Position numbers and translations under genes: made by a program
Assembly: GCA_964016885.1 (NCBI GenBank)
Contig: OZ024747.1
Span: 72,850,001-72,914,000 of the forward strand
DNA length: 64,000 nt
Direction: 5' to 3'
Source of the DNA: Eledone cirrhosa
Taxonomy: Eukaryota
Shown here: positions 1 to 11,435 of the stretch, one piece after another
Numbering within the stretch: position 1 is the stretch's first letter
Layout of the letters: the number at the start of each line of letters is the position of its first letter
Notes under the pieces: generated by a model
Databases searched by the model: none
Told to the model about the DNA's origin: nothing
What the model saw: the letters and a program-made list of their open reading frames with translations, nothing else

Positions 1-24
1 GTTTTTTTAACATGCAATCGTACA

Positions 25-410
25 TATATGGTGATTGCTTCATTTTTTCAGATGATTGCCGTCTCCCAATGCTCCTCATCAACCGCCACCAACTCCAAAC
101 GTCCGCTCATCGCCTCTTAGGTGGATTTTAAGTCCAGCATTCGATTTGCACGATCTGCAGCAAATGTGAAAGACAAAAGATGTGCCCTCTATTGGATTGA
201 TTGGGGTCAGTTTGTGGGATGTCATCCTTATGTACCCTCATATGCTTTTTAAAACCAGAGATTGATTTGCAGATCTTTTTGCACACCACACATGTTGTCT
301 CACCTAGTAATGGAGGGATAGAGCTGCAGGCAGTTGGCTTTTTATGTGATTTTAAATGACTGATGTACCCAGATTTAGAGAGCAGTATACGACCACACAC
401 CTCATAACTC
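25..410 (-). mobile_element. 3' fragment of RTE-clade LINE with tandem C-terminal C2H2 zinc fingers
   Basis: Minus frames give YEVCGRILLSKSGYISHLKSH and CVVCKKICKSISGFKKHMRVH plus a frameshifted third finger. The 3' end resembles the RTE termini at 2425-2457 and 50080-50113. Confidence 0.7.
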
Positions 411-432
411 CATACATACATACATACATACA

Positions 433-464
<32 letters not shown>

Positions 465-534
465 CGTACATACATACATATATATGTACATACATACATA
501 CATACATACATACATACATACATACATACATACA

Positions 535-566
<32 letters not shown>

Positions 567-620
567 CGTACATACATACATATATACGTACATACATACA
601 TACATACATACATACATACA

Positions 621-652
<32 letters not shown>

Positions 653-694
653 CGTACATACATACATATATACGTACATACATACATACATACA

Positions 695-726
<32 letters not shown>

Positions 727-752
727 CGTACATACATACATATATATGTACA
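411..752. repeat. (TACA)n microsatellite with recurring TATACGTA interruptions
   Basis: Directly visible. Confidence 0.98.
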
Positions 753-754
753 TG

Positions 755-1025
755 AATGCCCTCCGTCGTTTCCGGCGATGAGTGCTCTAGTCGCTTCAAT
801 TAACGGAACTACCTGCTCGTGAAATCAACGTGAAAGTGATTGAGCATTCCACTGACGCGTGCACCTTTTACGTAGTTCTCAGGGAGATTCAGCGTGACAA
901 AGTGTGTGACAAGGTTGACTCGTTGAATCACAGATACATTTTTACAGATACATTTTTACTAACTGAGTGAACTGAAGTAAAATTCACGACCTCACGTCCA
1001 TGAGCCGAACACTCTAACCACACCT
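755..1025 (-). mobile_element. tRNA-derived SINE (octopus OK-like), diverged
   Basis: Minus strand starts GGTGTGGTTAGAGTGTTCGGCTCATGGACGTGAGGTCGTGA (tRNA-like head). Body contains TTGTCACGCTGAATCTCCCTGAGAACTACGT...TTTCACGAGCAGG and runs into the (TATG)n tail. Confidence 0.7.
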
Positions 1026-1501
1026 TCATATAATCAATCATATTGCAGTAGATATCTTATCCGCCCATCTGCTGCTGACACCAGTGAGAGGTTTCATTAC
1101 TGAATAAACAGATCAACTGGCACTTGCAATACCTAGAAAACCACTTTACCCCATTGTGCCAGGGAACCTATGTGTGGTCAATTAACATGCTGGAAAAAAA
1201 AAAAAAATTGATGTTGAAGTAAAAAAAAAAAAATTATATCCCCTACATATGATAAGTGCTCAGCCTTTTGATATTTTGTTCGAATCAAATCCGACGGATA
1301 AAAAAAAAGGGGCAGGGAAGGAATGGAATGAACCTTCGTCATTTACGAAGGCGAGTCATCATCATCATCGATTAACGTCTATCTTCCACGTTAGCAAGGG
1401 TCTGTTCCAGATAAATAAATCTATGGGAACTGCACATGAAAAAACCGATTTTAGCATAAACGTACTGAACTGGTGGTTACTTATAAAAAATCAAAAAGTG
1501 T

Positions 1502-1630
1502 GGGGCGCTCCACCAGTTTCGACGATGAGTGTTAGAGTTATTTGAATAATGGAACAGCCTGATTGTCAAATTAACCCAGCATAACACAATGTGTGACACG
1601 GCTGGCCTTCTCAATTACAGGTACAATTTA
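1502..1630 (-). mobile_element. degenerate fragment of the same SINE family
   Basis: Shares ggaacagcctg, gtgtgaca.ggctggcc and aattacaggtac blocks with 755-940. Confidence 0.5.
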
Positions 1631-1726
1631 TCCTGCGAACTTCCAAACAGTTTCTGTCTACCCAGTTTCATTCACAAATCATGGGTTGCATAAAACCGAA
1701 CTTTATGGGCCAGATTTTGTGTGTGT

Positions 1727-1847
1727 GTATGTATGTATGTATGTATGTATGTATGTATGTATGTATGTATGTATGTATGTATGTATGTATGTATGTATGT
1801 TTGTATGTATGTATGTATGTATGTATGTATGTATGTATGTATGTATG
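1727..1847. repeat. (GTAT)n microsatellite
   Basis: Directly visible. Confidence 0.98.
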
Positions 1848-1849
1848 TG

Positions 1850-2457
1850 TCAGGTCACCAGTTGGTGCTACTGGTAACATGTATCCCAGTACAACCTGTC
1901 TCATGGTCGGGTCGTTGGCGACTAAACTGGCAACCCCACCAAGGTTTCTTGGTGAGGAGGGTGACTTTAGACATCCTGCAGGACTAAAAACAAAACCTGT
2001 CAAAAGGCAAAGGGGCTCTTAAGAGTCAATAGCCATCCAAAATCACCGGGAGAGATGACCCCTTAGCCTTTGTCAAGGCAGAATTCTAGGAGAAGGAAAA
2101 CTCTGATATAACACCTGCAACCCTGATGGTGTCCAATGATGTTGACTTGTTCTTCTTTTTGGTAAATATCATCTTGGTTAAGAGAGTGGGACTGGCTTTG
2201 TGCAGTGCCTTTGCTCACTATAAAAGCTTCACGGCACAGGCATTGCTTTATATCTGGAGATCTCTCTGCACTTGTCGTCACATGGTACCATGGGCCCAGC
2301 ACTATGTGTCAATAATTGTCACAGGTGTAGTGTTTGTACCAGAGTTTTCAAGTCGCTGGCTGGACTAAAAAGTCACACTCGTTCAGCGCATCGGTAGGGG
2401 TTCTCCTACATGGATGTAAAGTAGTGGCCGTACTCGAAAACGAGTTGGCAGCCACCA
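1850..2457 (+). mobile_element. non-autonomous bipartite RTE derivative (5'UTR-like leader + last zinc finger + 3' end)
   Basis: Leader contains the RTE-like GGAGAAGGAAAACTCTGAT motif. It joins CSVCTRVFKSLAGLKSHTRSAHR*, then the 3' hairpin GTGGCCGTACTCGAAAACGAGTTGGCAGCCAC and an (ATGT)n tail. Near-identical partial copies at 51180-51493 and 51563-51817. Confidence 0.65.
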
Positions 2458-2521
2458 TGTATATATGTACGTGTATGTATGTATGTATGTATGTATGTAT
2501 GTATGTATGTATGTATGTATG

Positions 2522-5500
2522 TTATCTCTTTCTCTTAATTTCGAGTATATTTTTTTGACCGGCCACCTTCCTGGTGGCAAGGTTGTAAATGAAAAGAAAT
2601 TGTCATCCTTTGAATCGCAAGAATGTTTTGCAAATTTTGAAGGTGCCAGCTATCGCAGCCATTTGCAGACTATGAATTAGGGAGCTGCGCTTTTTGTCCA
2701 CAAAGCCAAGTTCAGTCATACTTTGGTCCAAGCGGGTTGGTATATAACCCGTAGCTCCAATAATGATGGGTATGAAGCTAAAGGTGTATCTTGGATACTG
2801 GATTTGTAAACTCCTCATCAATGGTCCGTAGATGTCCTCCTTCTCCTGTATTTCTGACAACGTTTACATCAAGTGGGCAGCTGATCTCCACAACAGAACA
2901 CGTTTTCAATGTGTGGTCCCAAACAACAATATCAGGCCGGTTGTGCTTTAATTTGGTGGCAGTTTTTATTTTCAGGTTCCACCAGTATTCCTTAGTGCCA
3001 TCTGTCTCAATATATTCTTCCTCGTTTGTTGTTAATTTTGTTTTCCGAAGTGCGTTCCAGATGGTTCTAGCTATCCCATCGTGTCTCATGGGGAGGTAGT
3101 AGCGAGATGACATTCTTTCGCAGCTGGCAACAATGTGGCTTACATCCTCGATCTTTGTTTTACATAGCCTACATTTATTGTCAGCTGCTGGCCCTCCTCT
3201 TTTGTGCAGCAGATATTTGGTAGGGAGTTCTTGTTCCTGTATTGCATAGAGATATCCCTCAAGGTGTGATGTCATAAACTTGTCGGAACTCCATGCCAGG
3301 CTTTTTGAGTGGTTTATCCCCTCTATGGTCTGTGTTTTACGCCTCAAGTATCCATGCACAACTTTTTCTGTAAATTGGTCAATTTTTTTATCTTGTTTAA
3401 ACATTGAATAGGATCTTCCGATTTCTCTGGGTGAGAGATTTATATCAGGCTTTATTCCATATCTCTCCTCCAGATCAGTCGCTATTCTAATGATATTTTT
3501 TTTTCATGCTCATAAACCTGGGCAAGATGGTTGCCAACCTTTTTCCTCTGTTGAAGGTATTGCTTCAGTGTTACTATCCGGGTCTCATATGTTGTTAATA
3601 TTGATTTTAGACCTCGACCACCTTCCTTGCGTGAGAAGTATAGCCTGTCCACATCACCATTGATGTTAAAGTTCCCAGTAACACTGAGAAGTTTTCGAGT
3701 TCTAACATCCATCTCACTTAGTTCTTGCAATGACCAGTTCAGCAGGCCAAATGTTGGCGTTAGAATTGGCACAGCATAAGTATTGTGGGCAATGTATTTG
3801 TTGTACGCTGACAATTCTGATGACCATATTTTCTTTACTCTTCTGAGGTATTCAGTTCTGGTTCTCTCCTTATTTATGGGTCCATCATATCTGACATTCT
3901 CATCCTGTCCAAGATATCTGTAGTTGTCACCTGACTGTAGAGGTTGTATTGTCAGGCCGTTCATCTCTAGATTTCTAGAGGAGGGCACAGCTCTTCCACG
4001 TTTTACTGCCAAATATGCACACCTGGACTCACCAAATTTCATTTTGATGTCGGTTGAAAATTGTGTAATGTGGTCCAATTGTTTCTTGATGTCATTGATA
4101 TTTGGCCCATACAACTTCAGGTCGACAACAAAGAAAAGATGGGAGATACTTCTGGGCCCACTTCTTTGTCCACGTTGTTTCCTGAGTAGGTAAGATAGTG
4201 GATTCAGTGAAAGGACGAAGAGTAGCACTGACAAGCTATCACCCTGAAAGATGCCCTTCTGGTAATGTATCTTATCAGTCTTAACTTGCTCCTTCTCACC
4301 TCTAAGGATCAAATTGGTGTACCAGTTCTTGGTCAGGCGTTCAACAGCAGCTACCAATGGTTGTGGGACTTTAGCTAACTGCAAAGCCTTAATAATCCAC
4401 TCATGAGGTACACTATCAAATGCTTTTTGATAGTCCAGCCACACCCCAGTCATGTTTCTGCGATTCTTTGTTGTTTTTTCCTGAATCATTTTGTTAGTTA
4501 GTAGGTGATCTATGCAACCCCACACCTCCCTCTTTCCACCAGCTTGCTCAGGTGTTATGATGTTGTTGGTAGCACAGTGATCCTGTAAGAACAGGTTAAG
4601 ACACCAGTATATAATTTATACATGATGTTTTGGCAGGCTATTGGGCGGTAATTTTTAGCAAGGGTGGTTTGGCTATTTTGGGGAATGAGGAGAGTAGTGG
4701 CCGTTGATAACCATCTGGGCAGTTCTTGTGTGCCCTTAATGGTTTCTGTAAACAGCCGTATGAGATCTTGCCGATAGAAAGTGAAATTCTTCAACCAGTA
4801 TCCTGTAATGAGGTCTGGGCCTGGCGATTTCCTATTCGACATTTTCTGTAGAGCTGTTTCCAGTATTGACCCATCTATGTCATATTGTTTTGTCTGGACA
4901 TGTTGGCAGTAGTCCTATTCCAGTTCTTTTAGCCAATTAGTTTGTCTGTTGAATCCGTCATCCGTTTCCCATACAGATCTCCAGTAGCTCTCAACCTGTT
5001 CTTTTGAAGGGGTGTCATTTACAGGGATTGAGCTTTTGCCACCGAAGCTGCGATAAACTGATTTAGGATCTCTGGCAAACAATCTATTTAGCACTTGTCG
5101 TTTATGTGCTGTTGACTTATATTTTAGTCTTTCTGTTGTAGCTGTAAGTTGTTGTTTCAACTGGTGTAATTTGGAGTTCAAAGTTTTAAATTTTGTATCT
5201 CCAAATCGTCTCTCTAACTTTTTTTTTAGGTCTTCCTGGTGTCGTGTGAAGTTGCTCTCTATGTTGCATTTCATAACGACTGCGATGTGTGAGATACTTC
5301 GTCCCAGGGACAAAATTTTGCTTTTTAAATTTCGCATCCACGCTGGTTCAGGCTTTCTGTTTGTATCTTGATTGCGTGGTTTTAGATGTGTGTTATATGA
5401 TAACAATGTGACAGCTGAAACATATAACAAAATATTAAGCGTTTCAAATGTCGTTTCTACACCACACCTTTAGATCGTATAGCCTTCAGATAATTGCCAG

Positions 5501-6400
5501 CTATTTCGTTCGCCGCTTCCAATTCCAATTTAGTGGGTTCTTTACTGATTCTGGTGTTGTATGGTCTGTCACTCACATTAAGGCTGTGTATCTCTTGAAA
5601 CATATCGTTCCATATCACTTGTAGGGTGTCCACAAGTTTTTGGTGTTCTGTTTGTTCAGTAGAGTCATGAATTTCAGCCTCGTTGTTGATGTGGTGACAA
5701 TTACTACTAGAGTTAGCTGACCTTTCTCGCTGTTCTTCAGTGGAAGTGGGATGGATTTCAGCAAAATTGAGATTTAGCTGGCCATTCTCTTTGTCTGTCA
5801 GTGGAGATGGGGTGGTTGTCTACAAGGGCTGTATTTGTAGTATCACTCAATTCCGTTAGATGTATCAATTTAATGATACGTTTTGCCTGTTCATTTAAAT
5901 GCTTTGGAGAAAATTCTAATTCTGGGTGTTTGGAGTTCCATAAAGTTTTTAGCCTTTGCATAAAACCGAACTTTTGGGGTTCAGATTGTTTGTATGCTTC
6001 ATATAATACTTTGTTAAGCTCGTAGCTCCACTGTATACAACGGTTGTAGTTGCGATTTGGTCGAAGGAGACTTGTACTTTTTGCCATGATGAGTTCGTCT
6101 ATTCACTAATATTTCGTATTTATTTTTCAAAATAGTCGATGATCTTCTCAAGTTTCGACAAAGTTCTGTCAGAATCAAATTTAAAGTTATTCACAGCTTG
6201 GGTAATATTTCTTTTCAGTTAGTTTTTAATTCTACAACTGTGTTTTAAACGTTGTTCTTGGATCGTTTGAATCGAGAACAAAAAGAACCGTTACTTAGTA
6301 TATTTCTTTATGAATGTAATATAATATAACAACGCTGTATTTATATGTTAAAGTTTATGTATCATTCATATAAACAGGTGTTCTACAACTTATTCACAAC
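2522..6400 (-). mobile_element. full-length R4/Dong-like non-LTR retrotransposon (RT + CCHC + restriction-like endonuclease), frameshifted
   Basis: ORF pieces 5758-6087 (N-terminal W..E.N..Y..S.P..G..RL..LW motif), 4915-5430, 4555-4842, 3482-4525 (DYQKAFDSVPH, GIFQGDSLS, FFVVDLKLY), 2778-3404 (CRLC..HIVASC, RHD, RPD, VEISCP) and 2603-2860. Flanked by (GTAT)n on both sides. Confidence 0.92.
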
Positions 6401-6498
6401 TGTATGTATGTATGTATGTATGTATGTATGTATGTATGTATGTATGTATGTATGTATGTATGTATGTATGTATGTATGTATGTATGTATGTATGTATG
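6401..6498. repeat. (GTAT)n microsatellite at the 5' flank of the R4/Dong-like element
   Basis: Directly visible. Confidence 0.98.
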
Positions 6499-7043
6499 TT
6501 CTTCTGGTTTTATAATTTCACAAAGTTTTCCCAATAGAGAGAGAGTCGGTTTCTAACATAGACACAAGACTCTCTCATTGGAATTTACACAACATCAACT
6601 AGGTAGGTATGTATGTATGCAGGCATGTGTAGATATGGATGTTATTGTATGTGTGGATGTGGATGTTTTGAGTTGTATGTGTGCATGTGTATATGCTTTG
6701 CATCTGTACATGTGTATATGCAGTTATTAGATGCAACATTTCTGGAATGTTTTACATATTTTTACTGTTCCATTAATGGATTGCACTTGTAATTTCCTAA
6801 CTAGTTATTTCTGTTCCTGTGAAGCGCAGCTTCTCAAGATTTGTATTGAGGCAGTCACTAAATGTATGTATGTATGTATGTATGTATGTATGTATGTATG
6901 TATGTATGTATGTATGTATGTATGTATGTATGTATGTATGTATGTATGTGTGTTTATATATATATAAATATGTATACATACTTACACACACATGTAAATC
7001 TCTCTCTCTCTCTTTATATATATATATGTATATATCATCATAA

Positions 7044-7923
7044 TCTATAAAGCTCAGTGTGGTCATGCTCCTTCGTTATAGAAATCTACGATATAGAATT
7101 TCTTCAATTGAAATTTACAATTCAGTATTCGAAATAGTTTCGATTGCGTCATGACGCAGATTTTTTTTCAATTTCACCCACAATTACGCAAAAAATAGAT
7201 AAAACTCAATATTTTACGATTTTTCTCTCTCATTTAAACTGCTGAACTCTTTCTACTACCATTCAAAATCTATACAACTTCATACTTTCTGCTACTTTCT
7301 CTTTCCAAGCTTAATGGTGATACTGTCCGTTCACACCACTCCCTACTGTCTTAAATTTAGAAAACACATATCCTCTATGAGGTTACTAAACCTGCTAGAA
7401 ACAGCAGCTAACTCTCCCCCACATCACACCCCTACCTACTGTCTTAAATTTAGAAAACATATCTTCTATGAGGTCACTAAACCTGCTAGAAACAGCAGCT
7501 AACTCTCCCCCATATCACACCACTCCCTACTGTCTTAAATTTAGAAAACACATATCCTCTATGAGGTCACTAAACCTGCTATAAACAACAGCTAACTCTC
7601 CCTCATATCACAACCCTCCCTACTGTCTTAAATTTAGAAAACACACAGACAACCATGCAGAACAACTCCATCGCAGTTCTGTTGTTCGGCTGGCATCGTC
7701 TACGCGCGTGTTGCTGTGAAACAATAAATTTCAACACTTTTTTGCACAGAGATAATATCCATAGGCGAAACTACAATTGTCACTGCTGGCGCAGCTCATG
7801 CTTCCAGGTCTGCAATTCATTCACCCAGTGCCTGGCAGACAAAAAAGTGCTGCCATAAAATGGGTGGTGCAACCTAACTTTGGTAACTTAATGACCCCGA
7901 GCAAGGCCGGGCTTTAATGCTAG
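7044..7923 (+). mobile_element. non-autonomous Helitron
   Basis: 5' A|TCTATAAAG. The 3' end has the subterminal hairpin CCCGAGCAAGGCCGGG, then after ~8 nt CTAG|T. No TSD and no coding region. Confidence 0.7.
7333..7645. repeat. ~92-bp tandem repeat, ~3.4 copies, inside the Helitron
   Basis: Recurring CCCTACTGTCTTAAATTTAGAAAACA...ACTAAACCTGCTAGAAACAGCAGCTAACTCTCCC. Confidence 0.92.
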
Positions 7924-7943
7924 TATATATATATATATATATA

Positions 7944-8438
7944 TACAATATTAAATAAATGGAAACTATATTTATAAAACCATATTTATTTCATTATATA
8001 TATTTCAGGGATAACATATTAACAATATGCTATGCCTTCCTCAGACAAAATACAATATAAACAGTTTTATAGATAAATAGATTCGACATACCGTAACAAC
8101 ATCTACTTGGGAAGGTTGATTTGGTTGTGACAAAATTGTACAAAGGTGACAAAGGTGTACAATTTTGTCACAACCAAATCAACCTTCCCAAGTAGATGTT
8201 GTTACGGTATGTCGAATCTATTTATCTATAAAACTGTTTATATTGTATTTTGTCTGAGGAAGGCATAGCATATTGTTAATATGTTATCCCTGAAATATAT
8301 ATAATGAAATAAATATGGTTTTATAAATATAGTTTCCATTTATTTAATATTGTAAATATACTCCAAATATTTGTCGAGTGCTTTTATATCAGTTATAAAT
8401 ATTTACTAGTTGTAACACAACAATTTAAATATAACTTT

Positions 8439-8440
<2 letters not shown>
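7944..8440. mobile_element. inverted pair of Penelope-type pseudo-LTR segments (~199-bp perfect arms, 13-nt spacer)
   Basis: 7944-8142 is the reverse complement of 8156-8354. Each arm carries a hammerhead motif, and both ends sit in (TA)n. Confidence 0.75.
8246..8311 (+). ncRNA. type I hammerhead ribozyme (mirror copy on minus strand at 7987-8052)
   Basis: Stem I TATTTTGT/ATGAAATA; core CTGAGGA; long stem II AGGCATAGCATATT/AATATGTTATCCCT; GAAA; palindromic TATATA stem III; UA cleavage site. Confidence 0.7.
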
Positions 8441-8502
<62 letters not shown>

Positions 8503-8848
8503 GGGGTAACAAATAATAGTTAAATGCAGTCCACTTAGGTATAGTCCAGTTATGGTATTCCAGGTAGTGGATGATATCAACGCTTGGCTTGGTTTGACTC
8601 AACAAGGCGTTTTCATAGTGATGCTGCGGGTATGCTGTAATTCCTATGTTGTAAACACTTGGGGTAATAATAAATCAGGAAATAGCTGACAATTGTTTCT
8701 CTGACTGGTTATAATTTTGCATTGGCGATCGAGTAACGTGAAAATAAGCGAATAGCGATCTCTAGACCTACCAGTTCAGAGAAACAATTGTCAGCTATGA
8801 GATTAAAAACCTTTTTTGTATAGCAAACCATGTCAACCTTCTTTGCTG

Positions 8849-8968
<120 letters not shown>

Positions 8969-9154
8969 ATAGTGTGAGCTAGGTAATTTCTAAGCAAGAT
9001 GTTGTCACCAAAGATGACTAGCTGAAGTTGGCAAATTATAATTATCAACCGCGGTTGACATTTTACATCTTTTTATCTCGTCTATTGATTTATTGGACTG
9101 AGGAAGGGCAACAGCTTGATGTCATTTTACATATCTGATGCCCTGGAAAGACAC

Positions 9155-9244
<90 letters not shown>

Positions 9245-10299
9245 AATATAAATATATGCCCTAAAACTCAGTACCCAGGACCTTAGACGCCCTAAAGTAA
9301 ATCAACCAAAACTAAAAGCTCTTCCATACATCTCCACACACAACCCCCTCAACAATGAGGCCTTTGACACCATCCTCCAGAACATCCCTGTATTGAAAAA
9401 GGACCATAGAATGAACCAAATTCTACGAACACACGATATCATAAAGAGCAAAAGACAATCCAAGTCAATGAAAAACATCTTAACACATGCCAAAGTACTG
9501 CCAACCACAACAACGAAACCCACAGTAAAAAAATGCGATAGACCCAACTGTGGCATTTGCATCAACCTAATAGAGGGTTCGGAATTCTATTTCAAAGATG
9601 GACAACGTTTTATAGTAAAACACAATTTCACATGTGCATCGGAAAATCTAATATATGTATTAACTTGTTCAGGTTGTATAGAACAATACATAGGCCAGAC
9701 CAAAAACAGCCTCCGCCAACGCATGACTGTCCATAGATCCCAAATTAAAATACGGGAATACAGGAAAATACGACTGAGTGAACACATTGATACCTGTGCC
9801 GCCCAAAATCATCCCAACTTCAGAATCTTTCCCCTCTACAAATTTAAAGATAATGCCACCCACACCCAGCGCATCAGCAAGGAATCTTACTTCATTAACA
9901 AATACGGACCCCGTATAAACACTTCTCCCTAAGACGAACCCACAACATACACACGTCAACATACATACCTACATCAGCACACATCTCTACCCACATATAA
10001 ACACAATGACATACGTAAACACACATGCTCTATGGTGCAACACAAAAAAATATATGAGCATATATATGTGTATATATATGTATATATGTATATATATATA
10101 TATATATATATGTATATAGTGAATATATGTATGTGTGTATATATATATAGTGAATATCATTTCACACCTTTTATTGTTAAGATTTTTGATGTTCTATTAA
10201 GAGAACCGATTTTACTGAAAAAATCGAATAATGTACACCATTTTACCAGGGGGAAAAAAATACTGGTCCACACCCACACACACACATATATACACACAC

Positions 10300-10474
10300 A
10301 CATACACACGCGTACATCAACATAAAAAGAGACTTATATACACACACACACACACACACGCGCACTTCTCCGTATAAGACAAAAGCTGAAAAATATCTTT
10401 TGACATGCTAAAATACCCCCCATTGCTTTCAGACACATTCTTACTGACCATCCCTGCCACCACGAATTACTCTG

Positions 10475-10529
<55 letters not shown>

Positions 10530-10713
10530 CACACACACATACACACGCGTACATCAACATAAAAAGAGACTTATATACACACACACACACACACACACGC
10601 ACTTCTCCGTATAAGACAAAAGCTGAAAAATATCTTTTGACATGCTAAAATACCCCCCATTGCTTTCAGACACATTCTTACTGACCATCCCTGCCACCAC
10701 GAATTACTCTGCT

Positions 10714-10745
<32 letters not shown>
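10300..10745. repeat. ~237-bp tandem duplication with embedded (CA)n
   Basis: CGCGTACATCAACATAAAAAGAGAC...CCACGAATTACTCTGCTAC occurs twice. Confidence 0.9.
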
Positions 10746-10820
10746 ACACTTATCTTAATAGCCATTTGACACACATCGCTGCTAACCATTATCACAACAT
10801 CGAACACCTTACTACTACTA

Positions 10821-10896
<76 letters not shown>

Positions 10897-10919
10897 TTGT
10901 TGTGAAAGAGTCATTTCTC

Positions 10920-11150
10920 AATCTTGGCGCAAAACCAATTTTTTATTCACATGACCTCTACCGACCAATCAAAATTGTTTTGACCACAAGAATTGTTGCT
11001 GGAGCCACTTTTTTAACATAAAAACAGTCTTGGCGCAAAATCAATTTTTTACACTCACATGACCTCTACCGACCAATCAAAATTGTTTTGACCACAAGAA
11101 ATTTTGCAACACCAGAGTAACGCTGGAGCCACTTTTTTAACATAAAAACA
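10920..11150. repeat. ~108-bp tandem duplication
   Basis: TCTTGGCGCAAAA...CACATGACCTCTACCGACCAATCAAAATTG...GGAGCCACTTTTTTAACATAAAAACAG occurs twice. Confidence 0.88.
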
Positions 11151-11435
11151 GGTAGAATTCCTAAAACTAATCAGATCAGAGCAAACAGCACGGACACTCT
11201 ATCTCAAAATTATTTTTGAAAAGCATTTAGAAATGCGCAACCGGTAAAAACTTAAAAACTTAAAACCACAACTGAATACTAACCCATACAATCACTAATA
11301 CTCTTTTATTCCTAATTAAACCATTTTTCAACTGTGAACAATTTGTCAGCATTTTCTATTCCGTTTACCAATATATATATATATATATATGACCAAAGAT
11401 TAGTATGGTTCGTTGATTATTCAACGAATACAGTT

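Larger units (their letters stand above)
9280..11370 (+). mobile_element. 5'-truncated Penelope-like element, GIY-YIG end (Neptune-like Cys linker) plus 3' non-coding region
   Basis: ORF 9393-9932: CDRPNCGIC linker, NLIYVLTCSGCIEQYIGQT...RQRMTVH, ESYFINKY..IN. The downstream boundary is uncertain. Confidence 0.8.

Noticed and set aside
128-799. Apparent host C2H2 zinc-finger gene (also 49311-49667)
   Set aside because: The fingers lie at LINE 3' ends, next to RT C-termini or RTE terminal motifs; the N-terminus here is microsatellite.
352-822. ORFs of MYVC/HTYI/IYIY/HTHT repeats here and throughout (e.g. 17029-17466, 24239-26350, 58508-59205)
   Set aside because: They are translations of stop-free microsatellites, not genes.
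1875-1935. Canonical HDV-like ribozyme call
   Set aside because: P3/L3 geometry does not fit (3-nt loop, no UCC.CG motif) and P2 is not preserved in the other two copies. Kept only as a structured-RNA lead.
8682-8799. 28-bp-arm hairpin resembling a MITE or pre-miRNA
   Set aside because: The arms contain GAAACAATTGTC, the 3' half of a hammerhead, so this is more likely a decayed inverted pLTR. No CTGANGA and no TSD.
9095-9160. Hammerhead-like motifs at 9095-9160, 11215-11255 and 60052-60092
   Set aside because: Stem II is present but the core or cleavage site is mutated; not annotated as functional.
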